Origin: an uncultured Eubacteriales bacterium
GTDB taxonomy: Bacteria; Bacillota; Clostridia; Lachnospirales; Lachnospiraceae
Assembly (NCBI GenBank): GCA_900319565.1
Contig: ONPC01000133.1
Coordinates: 12,323 to 76,322 of the forward strand
Direction: 5' to 3'
DNA: 64,000 bases
Both the position numbers and the translations under genes were made by a program. The notes beneath the pieces are model-generated. The model was not told the DNA's origin and searched no databases. It saw nothing but the letters and a program-made list of their open reading frames with translations. This document shows, in pieces, positions 49,862-59,538 of this stretch (positions are counted from its first letter, which is position 1; every line of letters begins with the position of its first letter).

Positions 49862-51298
49862 ATGAGGTTTAAAAAGGGATTGGCGGTTTTAACCGCTTCT
49901 GTCATGACACTGTCCGCTTTGAGCGGCTGCTCGAATAAAGTCAGCAAGGATAAGTTTTCCACGACGGTCGGCGCGACCTACGGCGACCAGAAGATCTATT
50001 TGGAGGAGTTTCAGTTCTATACGAAATTGTATCAGCCGCAATTTGATCAGAGTGAAATACCCATGTTACAATATTGGTATGGGCTTCTTCCTCAGAATAT
50101 GAGTCTGGAGCAACTCTACAGCGAAAAGGTTGAGATGTCTAACGGCCATTACATGACTCCTACTCAGATGCTGAAGGAGTACGTAGTGAAAGTGGTTTAT
50201 CAGACCCGTGTTCTGAACGATTATGCTAAGGAAAACGGAATTACACTGTCCGATGACGACCAAAAGAAGATTGATGAAAAAGTCAAGGAATACACCGAAG
50301 GGGACAGTAAATACCTGCTAGAAGGAACAACTGTTTCCGAGGAAACGATCAAGCGTATATTAACGGAGAACGCGCTGGCTCAGAAAGCCCACGAAAAATT
50401 GGGCGAAGGCTATGACAAAACCGTGGACCGGGAGCTTTTCCGTGTGGCTAAAGCATACTATTTCACGGTGGACAAGGACTCGGATGATAAGACCGACGAG
50501 AAGAGCCGTGCAGAGGCAGTCTATTCGGAATTTAAGAGCAAGTTTGAAGAAGCGGGAAAGAAGATCGAGAGTGTAGATCTCAAAGCGATCAAAGATAAAT
50601 TCACGGATGCGGAAGGAACCGAGAACAGACTCCAGACGCTTTTATCTGAGGATGTAACGATCTTTGTCGGTGCCGTAGCTGCCGAGGAAGCCGAAAAAGA
50701 ACACGAAGAACATGAAGAGGGTGACGGACACGATCATGAACACGAGAGCACGGTGACCCAACTGCAGAAGGAAGCGGCGGCTATGGCTGCGGGCGACTAT
50801 AAACTGATCGATGATACAAACGCTTATTACATCGTGTATCTGAGTGAAACAGATAACGAAAAGTCGACACAGCAAAAGATCGACGCTGAATACGAGAAAC
50901 GTAAAGAAGCGAAGTTTGCAGAGAACTATGCAGAACTTTTGAAGACGGCTCCGGAGATCAAGGTCAACAATACCAACTACGATGCAAATATCGTATACAG
51001 CGCGATCGAATATCCTACACAGCCTACGGAACCAGAAACCACACCGGGGGCGACCGAAGCAGTGACCACGACGGCGGCGCCGACCACTGAGGTGGCTACG
51101 ACGGAGGATACGACCACGACGGAAGCATTGACTACAGAGGAAGCTACGGAGGCGGCGACTGAGGAAGGCGAGACGGAAGCCGGCACAGAGGAAGCTACGG
51201 AGGCAGCGACAGCGGAAGGCGAGACGGAAGCCGGCACAGAGGAAGCTACAGAGGCAGCGACAGCGGAAGGCGAGACGGAAGCTCCCGCACAGAATTGA
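49862..51298 (+). CDS. Lipoprotein (possible SurA/PrsA-like chaperone N-domain) with an acidic T/E/A-rich repeat tail
   Basis: Lipobox LSALSGC. No parvulin motif recognised. The C-terminus carries three copies of EEATEAAT(A/E)EGETEAGT. Confidence 0.6.
   Translation: MRFKKGLAVLTASVMTLSALSGCSNKVSKDKFSTTVGATYGDQKIYLEEFQFYTKLYQPQFDQSEIPMLQYWYGLLPQNMSLEQLYSEKVEMSNGHYMTPTQMLKEYVVKVVYQTRVLNDYAKENGITLSDDDQKKIDEKVKEYTEGDSKYLLEGTTVSEETIKRILTENALAQKAHEKLGEGYDKTVDRELFRVAKAYYFTVDKDSDDKTDEKSRAEAVYSEFKSKFEEAGKKIESVDLKAIKDKFTDAEGTENRLQTLLSEDVTIFVGAVAAEEAEKEHEEHEEGDGHDHEHESTVTQLQKEAAAMAAGDYKLIDDTNAYYIVYLSETDNEKSTQQKIDAEYEKRKEAKFAENYAELLKTAPEIKVNNTNYDANIVYSAIEYPTQPTEPETTPGATEAVTTTAAPTTEVATTEDTTTTEALTTEEATEAATEEGETEAGTEEATEAATAEGETEAGTEEATEAATAEGETEAPAQN
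51137..51284 (+). repeat. Three near-identical 51-bp tandem repeats inside the lipoprotein gene
   Basis: Units start at 51137, 51188 and 51239 (GAGGAAGCTACGGAGGC(G/A)GCGAC...GGCGAGACGGAAGCCGGCACA). Only a few substitutions separate the copies. Confidence 0.85.
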
Positions 51299-51380
51299 TG
51301 CAACGCAGATACATTCCCTTAAAATGTCCGATTTGTAAGGCTTTTTCGCTATTTTCCAACGGAAAACTTAGCGGAAATAC

Positions 51381-51409
51381 TTGAATGCATAGGGAATGTA
51401 TGCTATAAT
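51381..51409 (+). promoter_or_regulatory. Strong promoter for hup
   Basis: TTGAAT (51381-51386), 17 bp, TATAAT (51404-51409), with extended -10 TGc. Confidence 0.65.
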
Positions 51410-51470
51410 AACGTGCGTATGGGCGTGAAAGTGCTTTCACGTACAAAAAATACAATTGGAGGAATGTTCC

Positions 51471-51746
51471 ATGAATAAGAAAGAATTAGTAGCTGCAGTT
51501 GCAGCAAAGAGCGAATTGTCTCAGAAGGATGCCGAGAAGGCTTTAAAGGCTGTTTTTGATGTTGTTACCGCAGAGCTCGTAGCAGGCCAGAAGGTTGCTG
51601 TTCCCGGCTTCGGTACTTTCGAAGTAGCTCATAAGGAAGCTAGAACCGGCCGTAACCCTAAGACGAAGGAAACCATCAAGATCGCAGCTTCCAACGCAGC
51701 TAAGTTCAAGGCAGCTAAGGCTCTGAAGGATTCTCTGAACGCTTAA
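51471..51746 (+). CDS. hup: HU-family DNA-binding protein
   Basis: ATG 51471 after GGAGGAA. MNKKELVAAVA...GFGTFEVAHKEARTGRNPKT. Confidence 0.95.
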   Translation: MNKKELVAAVAAKSELSQKDAEKALKAVFDVVTAELVAGQKVAVPGFGTFEVAHKEARTGRNPKTKETIKIAASNAAKFKAAKALKDSLNA

Positions 51747-52012
51747 TGAGATTAGACAAATATTTAAAGGTTTCCCGTCTGATCAAACGGAGGACCGTGG
51801 CGAACGAAGCCTGCGATGCAGGCCGTGTCAGCATTAACGGCAAGGTTGCAAAAGCTTCACAGGAAGTGAAGGCCGGTGACATCCTCTCGATCGGATTCGG
51901 ACAGAAAATCGTGGAAGTCGAGGTTTTGGAAGTCACTGAGGTCGTTCGTAAGGATGAAGCTAAGGAAATGTTCCGTTTGATCCAGTCGAACCAAGGTGAG
52001 ACAAAAGCTTGA
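51746..52012 (+). CDS. S4-domain RNA-binding protein (YabO/Hsp15-like)
   Basis: The start overlaps the hup stop (TAATG). MRLDKYLKVSRLIKRRTVA is an S4 motif. Confidence 0.8.
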   Translation: MRLDKYLKVSRLIKRRTVANEACDAGRVSINGKVAKASQEVKAGDILSIGFGQKIVEVEVLEVTEVVRKDEAKEMFRLIQSNQGETKA

Positions 52013-52017
52013 TCTAT

Positions 52018-52054
52018 AAAGCCTCTGCAGGCGGTGCCTGCAGAGGCTTTTTTA
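52018..52054 (+). terminator. Rho-independent terminator after the hup-S4 pair
   Basis: Perfect 15-bp stem AAAGCCTCTGCAGGC / GCCTGCAGAGGCTTT with loop GGT, followed by TTT. Confidence 0.85.
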
Positions 52055-52257
52055 TGTTTTTACGAAAGAAAAGCAGGGCAGGGCAGTGGCCGGTGTCTGT
52101 ATTTTGGGCGCATTTTCCGAAAAAAACACTATATGTAGCGAAAAATATGATGAAACTACTTGAATTTACGGGAATGTTGCTTTATACTGAAAGAGAAGTT
52201 TGTTGAAATTACGCTGTTGGGCGGAAATGTTACGAAAACGAAAGGAGGGCATGTGCC

Positions 52258-52638
52258 ATGGCGAACAACAAGCGCCGCAAGCGTCATAAGAGATCCGGAA
52301 TGCGCAAACTGCCGCTTCTGATCGTTGCCGTCGTAGCCGTGATCCTCAGCGTAACACTCTATTCGCAACGGGAGAACCTGCTGCACAAATCGTCCGTGCA
52401 GGACGAACGCATTCGCGACCTGGAGATGCAGATCCAAAAGGAGGAGATCCGTCGGGCTCAGATCCTGGATTACGAGAACTACGTGAATTCGCCGCAGTTT
52501 GTCGAGGATAAGGCCCGCGAGAAGTTCGGCCTGGTCTACGATGACGAAGTGATCATCCGCGAAGGAAAAGAAAAAGAGTGGGTGGAACCGCCGACCGAAG
52601 CCGAGAGCGACGCAAATGTCGGAACACCGGCACAGTAA
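52258..52638 (+). CDS. Septum formation initiator family protein (FtsB/DivIC-like)
   Basis: Basic N-terminus, a single TM (LPLLIVAVVAVILSVTLY), then a coiled coil. It sits after the S4 gene as in the Firmicute yabO-divIC region. Confidence 0.6.
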   Translation: MANNKRRKRHKRSGMRKLPLLIVAVVAVILSVTLYSQRENLLHKSSVQDERIRDLEMQIQKEEIRRAQILDYENYVNSPQFVEDKAREKFGLVYDDEVIIREGKEKEWVEPPTEAESDANVGTPAQ

Positions 52639-52806
52639 TACGGATTATGCGCACGGAAACGGGACGTGTGTCATGATAGATCAACGAGAAAACCTTTTGA
52701 CGGAGCTGCCATATCAGTGCATGGTCACTGTGCGGCGGCTCCGTTTGTGCATCGAATAGGACCAGAAACATTGATTTTATGCGTGAAAAGATATAAAATA
52801 ATAGCG

Positions 52807-52835
52807 TTGACACATATCGCTGACTGTGCTATAAT
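52807..52835 (+). promoter_or_regulatory. Consensus sigma-A promoter for the ArsB/NhaD-type transporter operon
   Basis: TTGACA (52807-52812), 17 bp, TATAAT (52830-52835), with extended -10 TGc. Confidence 0.7.
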
Positions 52836-52873
52836 CACACCTGTTTTTCAATAAAACAAAAAGAGGCATATCT

Positions 52874-54226
52874 ATGACCATAGCGCAGTTTTTTGCGGTA
52901 CTTATATTTCTCGGAATGTTCATCATGATCATTCTGGATAAAATCGAACGACATTATGTAGCGCTCGGCAGCGCCCTGCTGATGCTTGTCCTCACCTTCG
53001 GCTTATGCTTGCAGGATGGGGCGGCCATTCTGCGAACACTCGCGTTCGGAGACTTTTTCAAACGCGATTTCTGGTATCAGGTCGAGGAGAGTGAGAGCGC
53101 CGGCATCAACTGGGCCACGATCCTGTTCATCGCCGGCATGATGCTGATGGTTGAAGGCATGGCGCGTTCCGGCTTCTTCCGTTGGTTGTGCATGAAGATC
53201 GCCTTCCTGGTAAAATGCAGAACGGTTCCGATCTTTATCACATTTACGATCATGGCGGCCGTGCTGTCCATGTTCATCGACAGTATAACGGTCATCCTGT
53301 TCCTTGCGGCGGTGACGGTCGAACTTGCGAAACTCTTGAAATTCCATCCGGTCCCGATGATATTGGCAGAGATCTTCTGCGCGAACTTAGGCGGCAGCGC
53401 CACGATGTGCGGAGACCCGCCGAACATCATCATCGGTACATCGCTGGGCTTCTCGTTCTTTGACTTTTTGACGAACACCGGCCTGGTGGCGGGCATTAGC
53501 CTCGTCGTATCCGTGCTCTTCCTGTACTTTGCATTCCGCAAGGAATTGAACGCGGGGCAGGGGGCGAAAGTCGACCTCGCTGACCTTCCGAAACCGTCGG
53601 AAGCAATCCGTGATAAAAAAGACTTTGTGATCAGCAGCATCATCTTCGGCATCGCGGTTTTGCTTTTGATCACACATTCCATGACACACCTTACGGTCGC
53701 GACCATCGGCCTGATGGTCGGTGGCGTTACACTTCTGGTGTCGGGAAAACATGCAGTTCGACTGCTTAAGAAGCTCGATTACAAGACGTTGCTGTTCTTC
53801 ATCGGTTTGTTTGTTGTCGTCAGCGGCCTGGAAGAAACGCAGATTCTGGAACAGATCGCCCGCTTTATCGAGAATATCAGCGGCGGTAATATACGACTGA
53901 TGATCGTTATCATCATGTGGATATCCGCGATCGCCAGTGCTTTTGTGGACAATATCCCCTTTGCAGCGACGATGGTGCCGGTCATCAAAAATCTGTCCGA
54001 GGCCTCCGGGATACCGGTCGCTACGCTGGCCTGGACATTGGCCATCGGAACGGACATAGGCGGAAGCGCGACGCCGATCGGAGCCTCTGCAAATGTTGTC
54101 GGAACCGCCGTTTCGGTTAAGAACGGCTATCCGATCAGCTGGGGGCGGTATTGCAGGAAACTGGTTCCTGCAACGATCATCGTTTTGCTCATTTCGACAG
54201 TATACCTATTCATTCGGTTCACTTGA
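52874..54226 (+). CDS. ArsB/NhaD-superfamily (citrate-transporter-like) permease
   Basis: 450 aa and polytopic throughout. Architecture and sequence feel resemble the ArsB/NhaD family. Substrate unknown. Confidence 0.55.
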   Translation: MTIAQFFAVLIFLGMFIMIILDKIERHYVALGSALLMLVLTFGLCLQDGAAILRTLAFGDFFKRDFWYQVEESESAGINWATILFIAGMMLMVEGMARSGFFRWLCMKIAFLVKCRTVPIFITFTIMAAVLSMFIDSITVILFLAAVTVELAKLLKFHPVPMILAEIFCANLGGSATMCGDPPNIIIGTSLGFSFFDFLTNTGLVAGISLVVSVLFLYFAFRKELNAGQGAKVDLADLPKPSEAIRDKKDFVISSIIFGIAVLLLITHSMTHLTVATIGLMVGGVTLLVSGKHAVRLLKKLDYKTLLFFIGLFVVVSGLEETQILEQIARFIENISGGNIRLMIVIIMWISAIASAFVDNIPFAATMVPVIKNLSEASGIPVATLAWTLAIGTDIGGSATPIGASANVVGTAVSVKNGYPISWGRYCRKLVPATIIVLLISTVYLFIRFT

Positions 54227-54241
54227 TGAAAAGGAGGTTTT

Positions 54242-54841
54242 ATGTCTCAGTTCATTATTTCGGTCGGCCGTGAGTTCGGAAGCGGCGGCCGGGTCATCGC
54301 GGAAGCATTGGCCGCGCGGTTTAATGTGCCTTTATATGACCGCCATTTGATCACGAAGATCGCGGAAGAAATGGGCATGACAGAAGAGCAGGTGGAGAAA
54401 TACAACGAGGTTCCGAAACTCAAATTTCTCTCCCGTACGGTCAATGGATATAGCAATTCGATCGAAGATCACATCGCCGACATGCAGTTTGAGATCCTGG
54501 AGGAGAAGGCGAAGAGCGGAGAGTCCTTCGTTGTGGTCGGAAGATGCTCCGAGATGAAGTTGAAGAAGTATCCGGCACTGATCTCGCTGTTTATCCACGG
54601 CGACATGGGCGTGAAGATCGACCGTGTCATGCGGGTCTACAACCTAGACCAGGACGAGGCGAAAAAACTGATCCTGAAGAAAGACAAAAAAAGAAAGCGC
54701 TACCACGACGATCATTGCGAAGGCAAATGGGGCGACTCCCGCTTCTATGATCTGTCGATCAATAGTTCGCGGCTCGGCATCGATACGACCGTGGATGTGC
54801 TGGAAGCGTATATAAAGACACGTATAGAAGCGATGGAGTAA
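54242..54841 (+). CDS. Cytidylate-kinase-like family protein
   Basis: N-terminus ISVGREFGSGGRVIAEALAARFNVPLYDRHLI is characteristic of the cytidylate-kinase-like family. Confidence 0.65.
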   Translation: MSQFIISVGREFGSGGRVIAEALAARFNVPLYDRHLITKIAEEMGMTEEQVEKYNEVPKLKFLSRTVNGYSNSIEDHIADMQFEILEEKAKSGESFVVVGRCSEMKLKKYPALISLFIHGDMGVKIDRVMRVYNLDQDEAKKLILKKDKKRKRYHDDHCEGKWGDSRFYDLSINSSRLGIDTTVDVLEAYIKTRIEAME

Positions 54842-54916
54842 ATGGATTGATCACATGGTACAGGAAGTACTAACACGTTTGCTACTGTTTTTTCAATTGT
54901 TCTCAAGGGAAAGATT

Positions 54917-55411
54917 ATGGGAGAAAAAATGAAATCTTTATTTGCCGAACAAATCATTCCATATGTTGGAAATGAATCTTTTAAGTTTGGGATGAGCAAG
55001 CAAGAAGTGATAAAGGCAATAAAGGCTGAGAGGTTGAGTTATCGTGAATGGATAGATCCTCATAAAGGCTGTACACCAGAGGTGCCTTGGAAGTATGTTG
55101 AAGTGGAAAATAGTATCACTTTTTGTTTTGTAGAAGATACTCTTTTTGAGATCGTATTTGAAAACACGTATGAGGGCGTGCTTCCCAATGGAATCGGTAT
55201 AGGAATGAGCATGGAGGAGGCACTTCAGAGGGATTCATCTATATCATTCAATGACGAGGATGAAGACTACGTATCCAAAGAAGGATACTGGATAGAGGAT
55301 GACATTTTTTCCGGAAAGGTTGTTTCTATTACTGTATTTGTTCCTCAAGCAGAAGATGCACAGGCGTTTTTTTCATACAAATGGGTCTCGGATTATAAGG
55401 TTACAAAATGA
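54917..55411 (+). CDS. Hypothetical cytoplasmic protein (AT-rich orphan)
   Basis: Clean ORF with no TM or signal peptide. The alternative start is ATG 54929. No family recognised. Followed by a strong terminator. Confidence 0.55.
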   Translation: MGEKMKSLFAEQIIPYVGNESFKFGMSKQEVIKAIKAERLSYREWIDPHKGCTPEVPWKYVEVENSITFCFVEDTLFEIVFENTYEGVLPNGIGIGMSMEEALQRDSSISFNDEDEDYVSKEGYWIEDDIFSGKVVSITVFVPQAEDAQAFFSYKWVSDYKVTK

Positions 55412-55457
55412 ACCTATCATAGAAGAGAGGACACTCTTGGTAATCTGGTATTTAATC

Positions 55458-55493
55458 AAGAAGCCGTCGGTGGCATGCCACCGACGGCTTCTT
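55458..55493. terminator. Perfect 36-nt palindrome; bidirectional terminator between the orphan ORF and rubrerythrin
   Basis: AAGAAGCCGTCGGTGGCA / TGCCACCGACGGCTTCTT. Confidence 0.8.
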
Positions 55494-55522
55494 ATATAAT
55501 CCAATAGAATTTCTTTGATCGA

Positions 55523-56068
55523 TCAGCTGAAGTAACGATCCAGGAAGCCCTGGAATGCCTTGCCGTGACGAGCCTCGTCCTTCGCCATCTCATGAACGGT
55601 GTCATGGATCGCGTCAAGGTTCAGCTTCTTCGCGCGCATAGCCAGATCGAGTTTACCTGCGGTAGCGCCGTTTTCAGCGGCAACACGCTTCTGAAGGTTC
55701 TCCTTCGTGCTGGAGCTGACAACTTCGCCGAGAAGCTCTGCAAACTTTGCAGCGTGCTCAGCCTCTTCGTAAGCGGCTTTCTCCCAATACATGCCGATCT
55801 CTGCGTAACCTTCACGGAATGCTGCTCTCGCCATAGCCAGGTACATACCTACCTCGGTGCATTCGCCGGTGAAATTATCACGCAGGTCTTTGATGATGTC
55901 GTCGGGTGTGTTCACCTTGCCGATGCCGATCTCGTGCTCGCAAGCCCAGGACATCTCTTCTACCAGTTCTTTGAATTTTTCTGCAGGTGCCATGCAGATA
56001 GGACACTTCTCGGGCGGAGTGTCGCCTTCGTAAACATATCCGCAGATCTCACATACAAATTTAGCCAT
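55523..56068 (-). CDS. rbr: Reverse rubrerythrin (N-terminal rubredoxin-like, C-terminal diiron ferritin-like domain)
   Basis: ORF 55523-56149. Preferred start is the ATG complementary to 56066-56068, with a [29 protein letters not shown], then E-x-x-H motifs ([18 protein letters not shown]). Confidence 0.85.
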   Translation of the reverse strand: MAKFVCEICGYVYEGDTPPEKCPICMAPAEKFKELVEEMSWACEHEIGIGKVNTPDDIIKDLRDNFTGECTEVGMYLAMARAAFREGYAEIGMYWEKAAYEEAEHAAKFAELLGEVVSSSTKENLQKRVAAENGATAGKLDLAMRAKKLNLDAIHDTVHEMAKDEARHGKAFQGFLDRYFS

Positions 56069-56184
56069 AATTGACCTCCCTTTTCTTCCTCGGCCCGGTA
56101 CATATGCTTCGGTCATGGAGCCGGGAATTGATTTTTTTATTTTAAACACGATCCTCGAAATCTTAGAAAGATAATGTTTCGATT

Positions 56185-56213
56185 ATAATAGCATAAACCG
56201 AGTGATAAGTCAA
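56185..56213 (-). promoter_or_regulatory. Promoter candidate for rubrerythrin
   Basis: Minus strand: TTGACT (complement of 56208-56213), 17 bp, TATTAT (complement of 56185-56190). Confidence 0.5.
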
Positions 56214-56424
56214 TGCTTTCGTGTCCGTTCCGCCCCACATTTCGGGTGGGTTTCCCGCCGGTTATGGAAGCAGGAGAAAGATCGCTTCATCCGCATGGAG
56301 AGGGGAATAGACACTTGCGGGAAGTACATTCTTCATGTATAATATAAAAGCCCGAATTCGGGTCAAAATGCGCCTTTAGCGGATTCTGTACGACCGAAAT
56401 ATGCGCGCAGAAATAGGGATGATC

Positions 56425-59400
56425 ATGACAAAAGCAATGTGGACGGACCTGTTCCGTGAGATACGAAGAAGTCGCGCGCGTTTCTGGTCGCTGTTTGCGA
56501 TCGTGGCGCTCGGCGTGGCTTTTTTCTCCGGCGTTCGCGCGAGTGAGCCGGATATGCGAATATCGCTGGATCGTTATTATGACACGCAGTCGTTTATGGA
56601 CGTGCGTGTTCTTTCCGACCTCGGAATGACGCAGGAGGATATCGATGATCTGCTGGCACTGGACTGCGTGGATCAAGCCGAAGGCATCTACGAACTGGAA
56701 GTGATGGCTTCGTTGCCGCGGCGTATAAAAGACGGAGAAACGAAAGACATCGCGTCTGCCGGTACGAAAGAGGAAGAGCAGATCGAGGCTTCGGTGCTTC
56801 TGATCAGCAGCACCGGACAGGTCAACAAACCCTACCTTACACAGGGATGCCTGCCGGAAACGTCGGGCGAATGCCTGATCGATTTTGCGATGGCAGAGAA
56901 CCTGGGAGTTCAGATCGGGGATACACTGAAACTGTCCTCCGGTGAGCGCGGACAGAGCCTCTCCGGGACTTCCCTTACGACGGATGAACTGGCTGTATGC
57001 GGAATATGCAAGGTTCCGGCCTATCTGGATCTGGAGCGTGGCAGCGGAAAACTCGGCGACGGACAGATCGACTATATCGTGCTTCCGTCGCGTGAAACAT
57101 TTACCGCGGAGGCTTACTACGAAGTGGCACTGACACTGACGGGCGCCGCGGCCATGCAGACCGGCAGCGAAGAGTATGAGGCCTACGTGGAGGAATGTAC
57201 ACAGCAGGTGAATGCGCTGGCCTCCCATGCGTGCGAACGCCGCGTTATGGAAATAAAAGAGCAGGCGCTTCAGGATGCATTTGCCGCCGAGGAATACAAA
57301 TCGGCTTACGAAGTGCAGCGGGCGGTGGCGCTTGCAGAGGCGAAACAGAAGGCGTACGAAGCAGGATACGAGGCGGAATACGCAAAGACGCGGGAGGAAA
57401 ATTTCAGTACGGTCTATGAGGAATGGAAGGCCGAATACCGCAAGCAGCTCCACGACCAGATGCTGGAGGAGCAGCGTGCGAGCATGGATCCGGAGCAGTG
57501 GAACCCGGCCGGCCTGATCGCTTTCGAGACCGAATTTCCCACGTGGTTTGCGGGGATGGAGAGCCAGCTGTTCGAGCGCTTCAGTGAGCAGTACGACGCC
57601 GATTTCGCCGGCCGTTTTAAAGAGGAATTTGATACCGCCTGGAAGGAAGAATATGAGCCTGTATTCGATGAGACGTTCCGGGAGCAGTTTGATGAATATT
57701 TTACGAAGATCGCGAAGGAGAAGATCGATAAAGAAGTTAAGATGCCGTCCTGGTATGTGCTGGATCGTTCTTCCGTAGCCGCGCATGCTTCGTTTTTGCA
57801 GGATGCGAAGCGGATCGGAAAGATCGGCCTCGTATTTCCGCTGCTTTTTTTCTTCGTGGCGGCGCTGGTCTCCATGACCACTATGACGCGCATGATCGAA
57901 GAGTCCCGCCTGATGATCGGAACAGAGAAAGCGCTGGGCTACACCGGGCTTTCGATCGCCGGAAAATACATTTTCTACGCGCTGTTTGCGACGCTCGGCG
58001 GCAGCGTGGCCGGCTTTTTGTTCGGCGAGAAGATCTTCCCCTATGTCATCATCAAGGCGTATTACATGCTATACACCGGAATTCCGGTGCTCGCGATGCC
58101 ATACCATGCCTCTTACGCGCTCTCTGCGACCGCTATGGCCGTTTTTTGCATCTTCGGCGGACTGTTTGCCGTCTGCGTGCGAAATATGTGTTCTGTGCCC
58201 GCTAAGCTCATGCGGCCGCCGGCGCCCAAGCCCGGCAAACGCATCCTTTTGGAGCGCATTGCCCCGTTGTGGCAGCGTTTGAGCTTCGCACAGAAAGCCA
58301 GCGCGCGCAACGTGTTCCGTTATAAAAAGCGCATGTTCATGACCGTCTTCGGCATCGGCGGCTGCATGGGCCTGCTTTTGGTGGGCTTCGGCCTGCGGGA
58401 TTCGATCCTGGACATCGCGAAGTACCAGTACCGCGAGATCTTCCGTTACGACGCGGTCGCGGTCACGGACCGAAAGAATACGACGCAGGCGGAGTGGCAG
58501 GCATTTACCGATCACCTTAAAGAGACGGAAGGCATCACCGACTACAAGTTCATCCATTCGGAATACCTGGATGTGGCGTCGGAGCATGCGCGCCGTGAGG
58601 CCCAGCTCCTGGTTCCTGAAAACGCGGATCAACTGCGCCTGTTCTTCGACATGCGTGACCGCAAGACCAAAAAGCCCGTGGAGTTTCCGGAGACGAAAGG
58701 TCATGTCGCGGTCAATGAAAAACTGGCGCGCATGCTGGATCTGAAGGCGGGGGATACCCTGCGGATCTATACCGATGAGGTCAGATACAAAGAAGTTACG
58801 ATTGACAGTATCTATGAAAACTATATTCTGCACTATGTTTGCATGAACCCTGAGACCTATGTTTCGATCTTCGGTGAAACGCCGGACTACACCACGCTGT
58901 GGATGAAGACGAACGATACAAGTGAGGCGTTTGAGACGGATCTGGCCGCCGGCCTTTTGGAGCACCCGGCCTGTCTGGGCGTGTCCATGACTACGGCGCT
59001 GCAGACGAAGATCGACCGGATGCTTAAGAGCCTGAACCTGGTGGTCGTGGTCCTGATCGTATCCGCCGGCCTTCTGGCCTTCGTCGTGCTGTACAATCTG
59101 AATAATATCAATATCACGGAGCGCCGCCGCGAGATGGCGACGATCAAGGTGCTCGGTTTCTTCGACGGCGAGGTCGCGGCCTATGTCTACCGCGACAGTG
59201 TCCTGCTGACGCTGTTCGGATGCATTTTCGGCGTGATCTGCGGATTTCTGCTGCACCGCTTCGTGATTGAAACGGTGGAGATCGACCTGATGATGTTCGG
59301 ACGCCGAATCTCCTTTATGAGCGTGGTCTTCAGCATTCTGCTGACGATCGCATTTTCCGTGATGGTCCAGCTTATGATGTATCGGAAACTAAAAAAGATC

Positions 59401-59433
59401 GACATGGTCGAATCGTTAAAGAGCGTAGAATAA
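56425..59433 (+). CDS. FtsX/MacB-type ABC transporter permease with two FtsX modules and a large acidic insert
   Basis: ORF 56401-59433. The start is uncertain among 56401, 56419 and 56425. There is an N-terminal TM, then an extracytoplasmic domain, then an E/A/Y/F-rich segment of roughly 200 aa. Two 3-4-helix FtsX bundles follow. Confidence 0.75.
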   Translation: MTKAMWTDLFREIRRSRARFWSLFAIVALGVAFFSGVRASEPDMRISLDRYYDTQSFMDVRVLSDLGMTQEDIDDLLALDCVDQAEGIYELEVMASLPRRIKDGETKDIASAGTKEEEQIEASVLLISSTGQVNKPYLTQGCLPETSGECLIDFAMAENLGVQIGDTLKLSSGERGQSLSGTSLTTDELAVCGICKVPAYLDLERGSGKLGDGQIDYIVLPSRETFTAEAYYEVALTLTGAAAMQTGSEEYEAYVEECTQQVNALASHACERRVMEIKEQALQDAFAAEEYKSAYEVQRAVALAEAKQKAYEAGYEAEYAKTREENFSTVYEEWKAEYRKQLHDQMLEEQRASMDPEQWNPAGLIAFETEFPTWFAGMESQLFERFSEQYDADFAGRFKEEFDTAWKEEYEPVFDETFREQFDEYFTKIAKEKIDKEVKMPSWYVLDRSSVAAHASFLQDAKRIGKIGLVFPLLFFFVAALVSMTTMTRMIEESRLMIGTEKALGYTGLSIAGKYIFYALFATLGGSVAGFLFGEKIFPYVIIKAYYMLYTGIPVLAMPYHASYALSATAMAVFCIFGGLFAVCVRNMCSVPAKLMRPPAPKPGKRILLERIAPLWQRLSFAQKASARNVFRYKKRMFMTVFGIGGCMGLLLVGFGLRDSILDIAKYQYREIFRYDAVAVTDRKNTTQAEWQAFTDHLKETEGITDYKFIHSEYLDVASEHARREAQLLVPENADQLRLFFDMRDRKTKKPVEFPETKGHVAVNEKLARMLDLKAGDTLRIYTDEVRYKEVTIDSIYENYILHYVCMNPETYVSIFGETPDYTTLWMKTNDTSEAFETDLAAGLLEHPACLGVSMTTALQTKIDRMLKSLNLVVVVLIVSAGLLAFVVLYNLNNINITERRREMATIKVLGFFDGEVAAYVYRDSVLLTLFGCIFGVICGFLLHRFVIETVEIDLMMFGRRISFMSVVFSILLTIAFSVMVQLMMYRKLKKIDMVESLKSVE

Positions 59434-59538
59434 ATGGATAGAATTTGAACTTTTTCTTACTATTTCGTGAAGTCAAAGACAAAGCCTGCCTTTTATGTTA
59501 TAATGATCTTGTGAGAATTATCGGGAGGTAGAGTGAAT

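Noticed and set aside
56171-56190. PerR/Fur-type operator at the rubrerythrin promoter (ATAAT-N6-ATTAT overlapping the -10)
   Set aside because: The arms are only 5 bp, lie in AT-rich promoter DNA, and have the wrong spacing for the 7-1-7 PerR/Fur box (TTATAATnATTATAA). This is not distinguishable from chance.
56287-59256. Long minus-strand ORFs (56287-57786, 499 aa; 58069-59256, 395 aa) antisense to the FtsX-type permease
   Set aside because: The composition is R/L/H/F-rich and they lack start context and motifs. The plus-strand frame has clear FtsX architecture.
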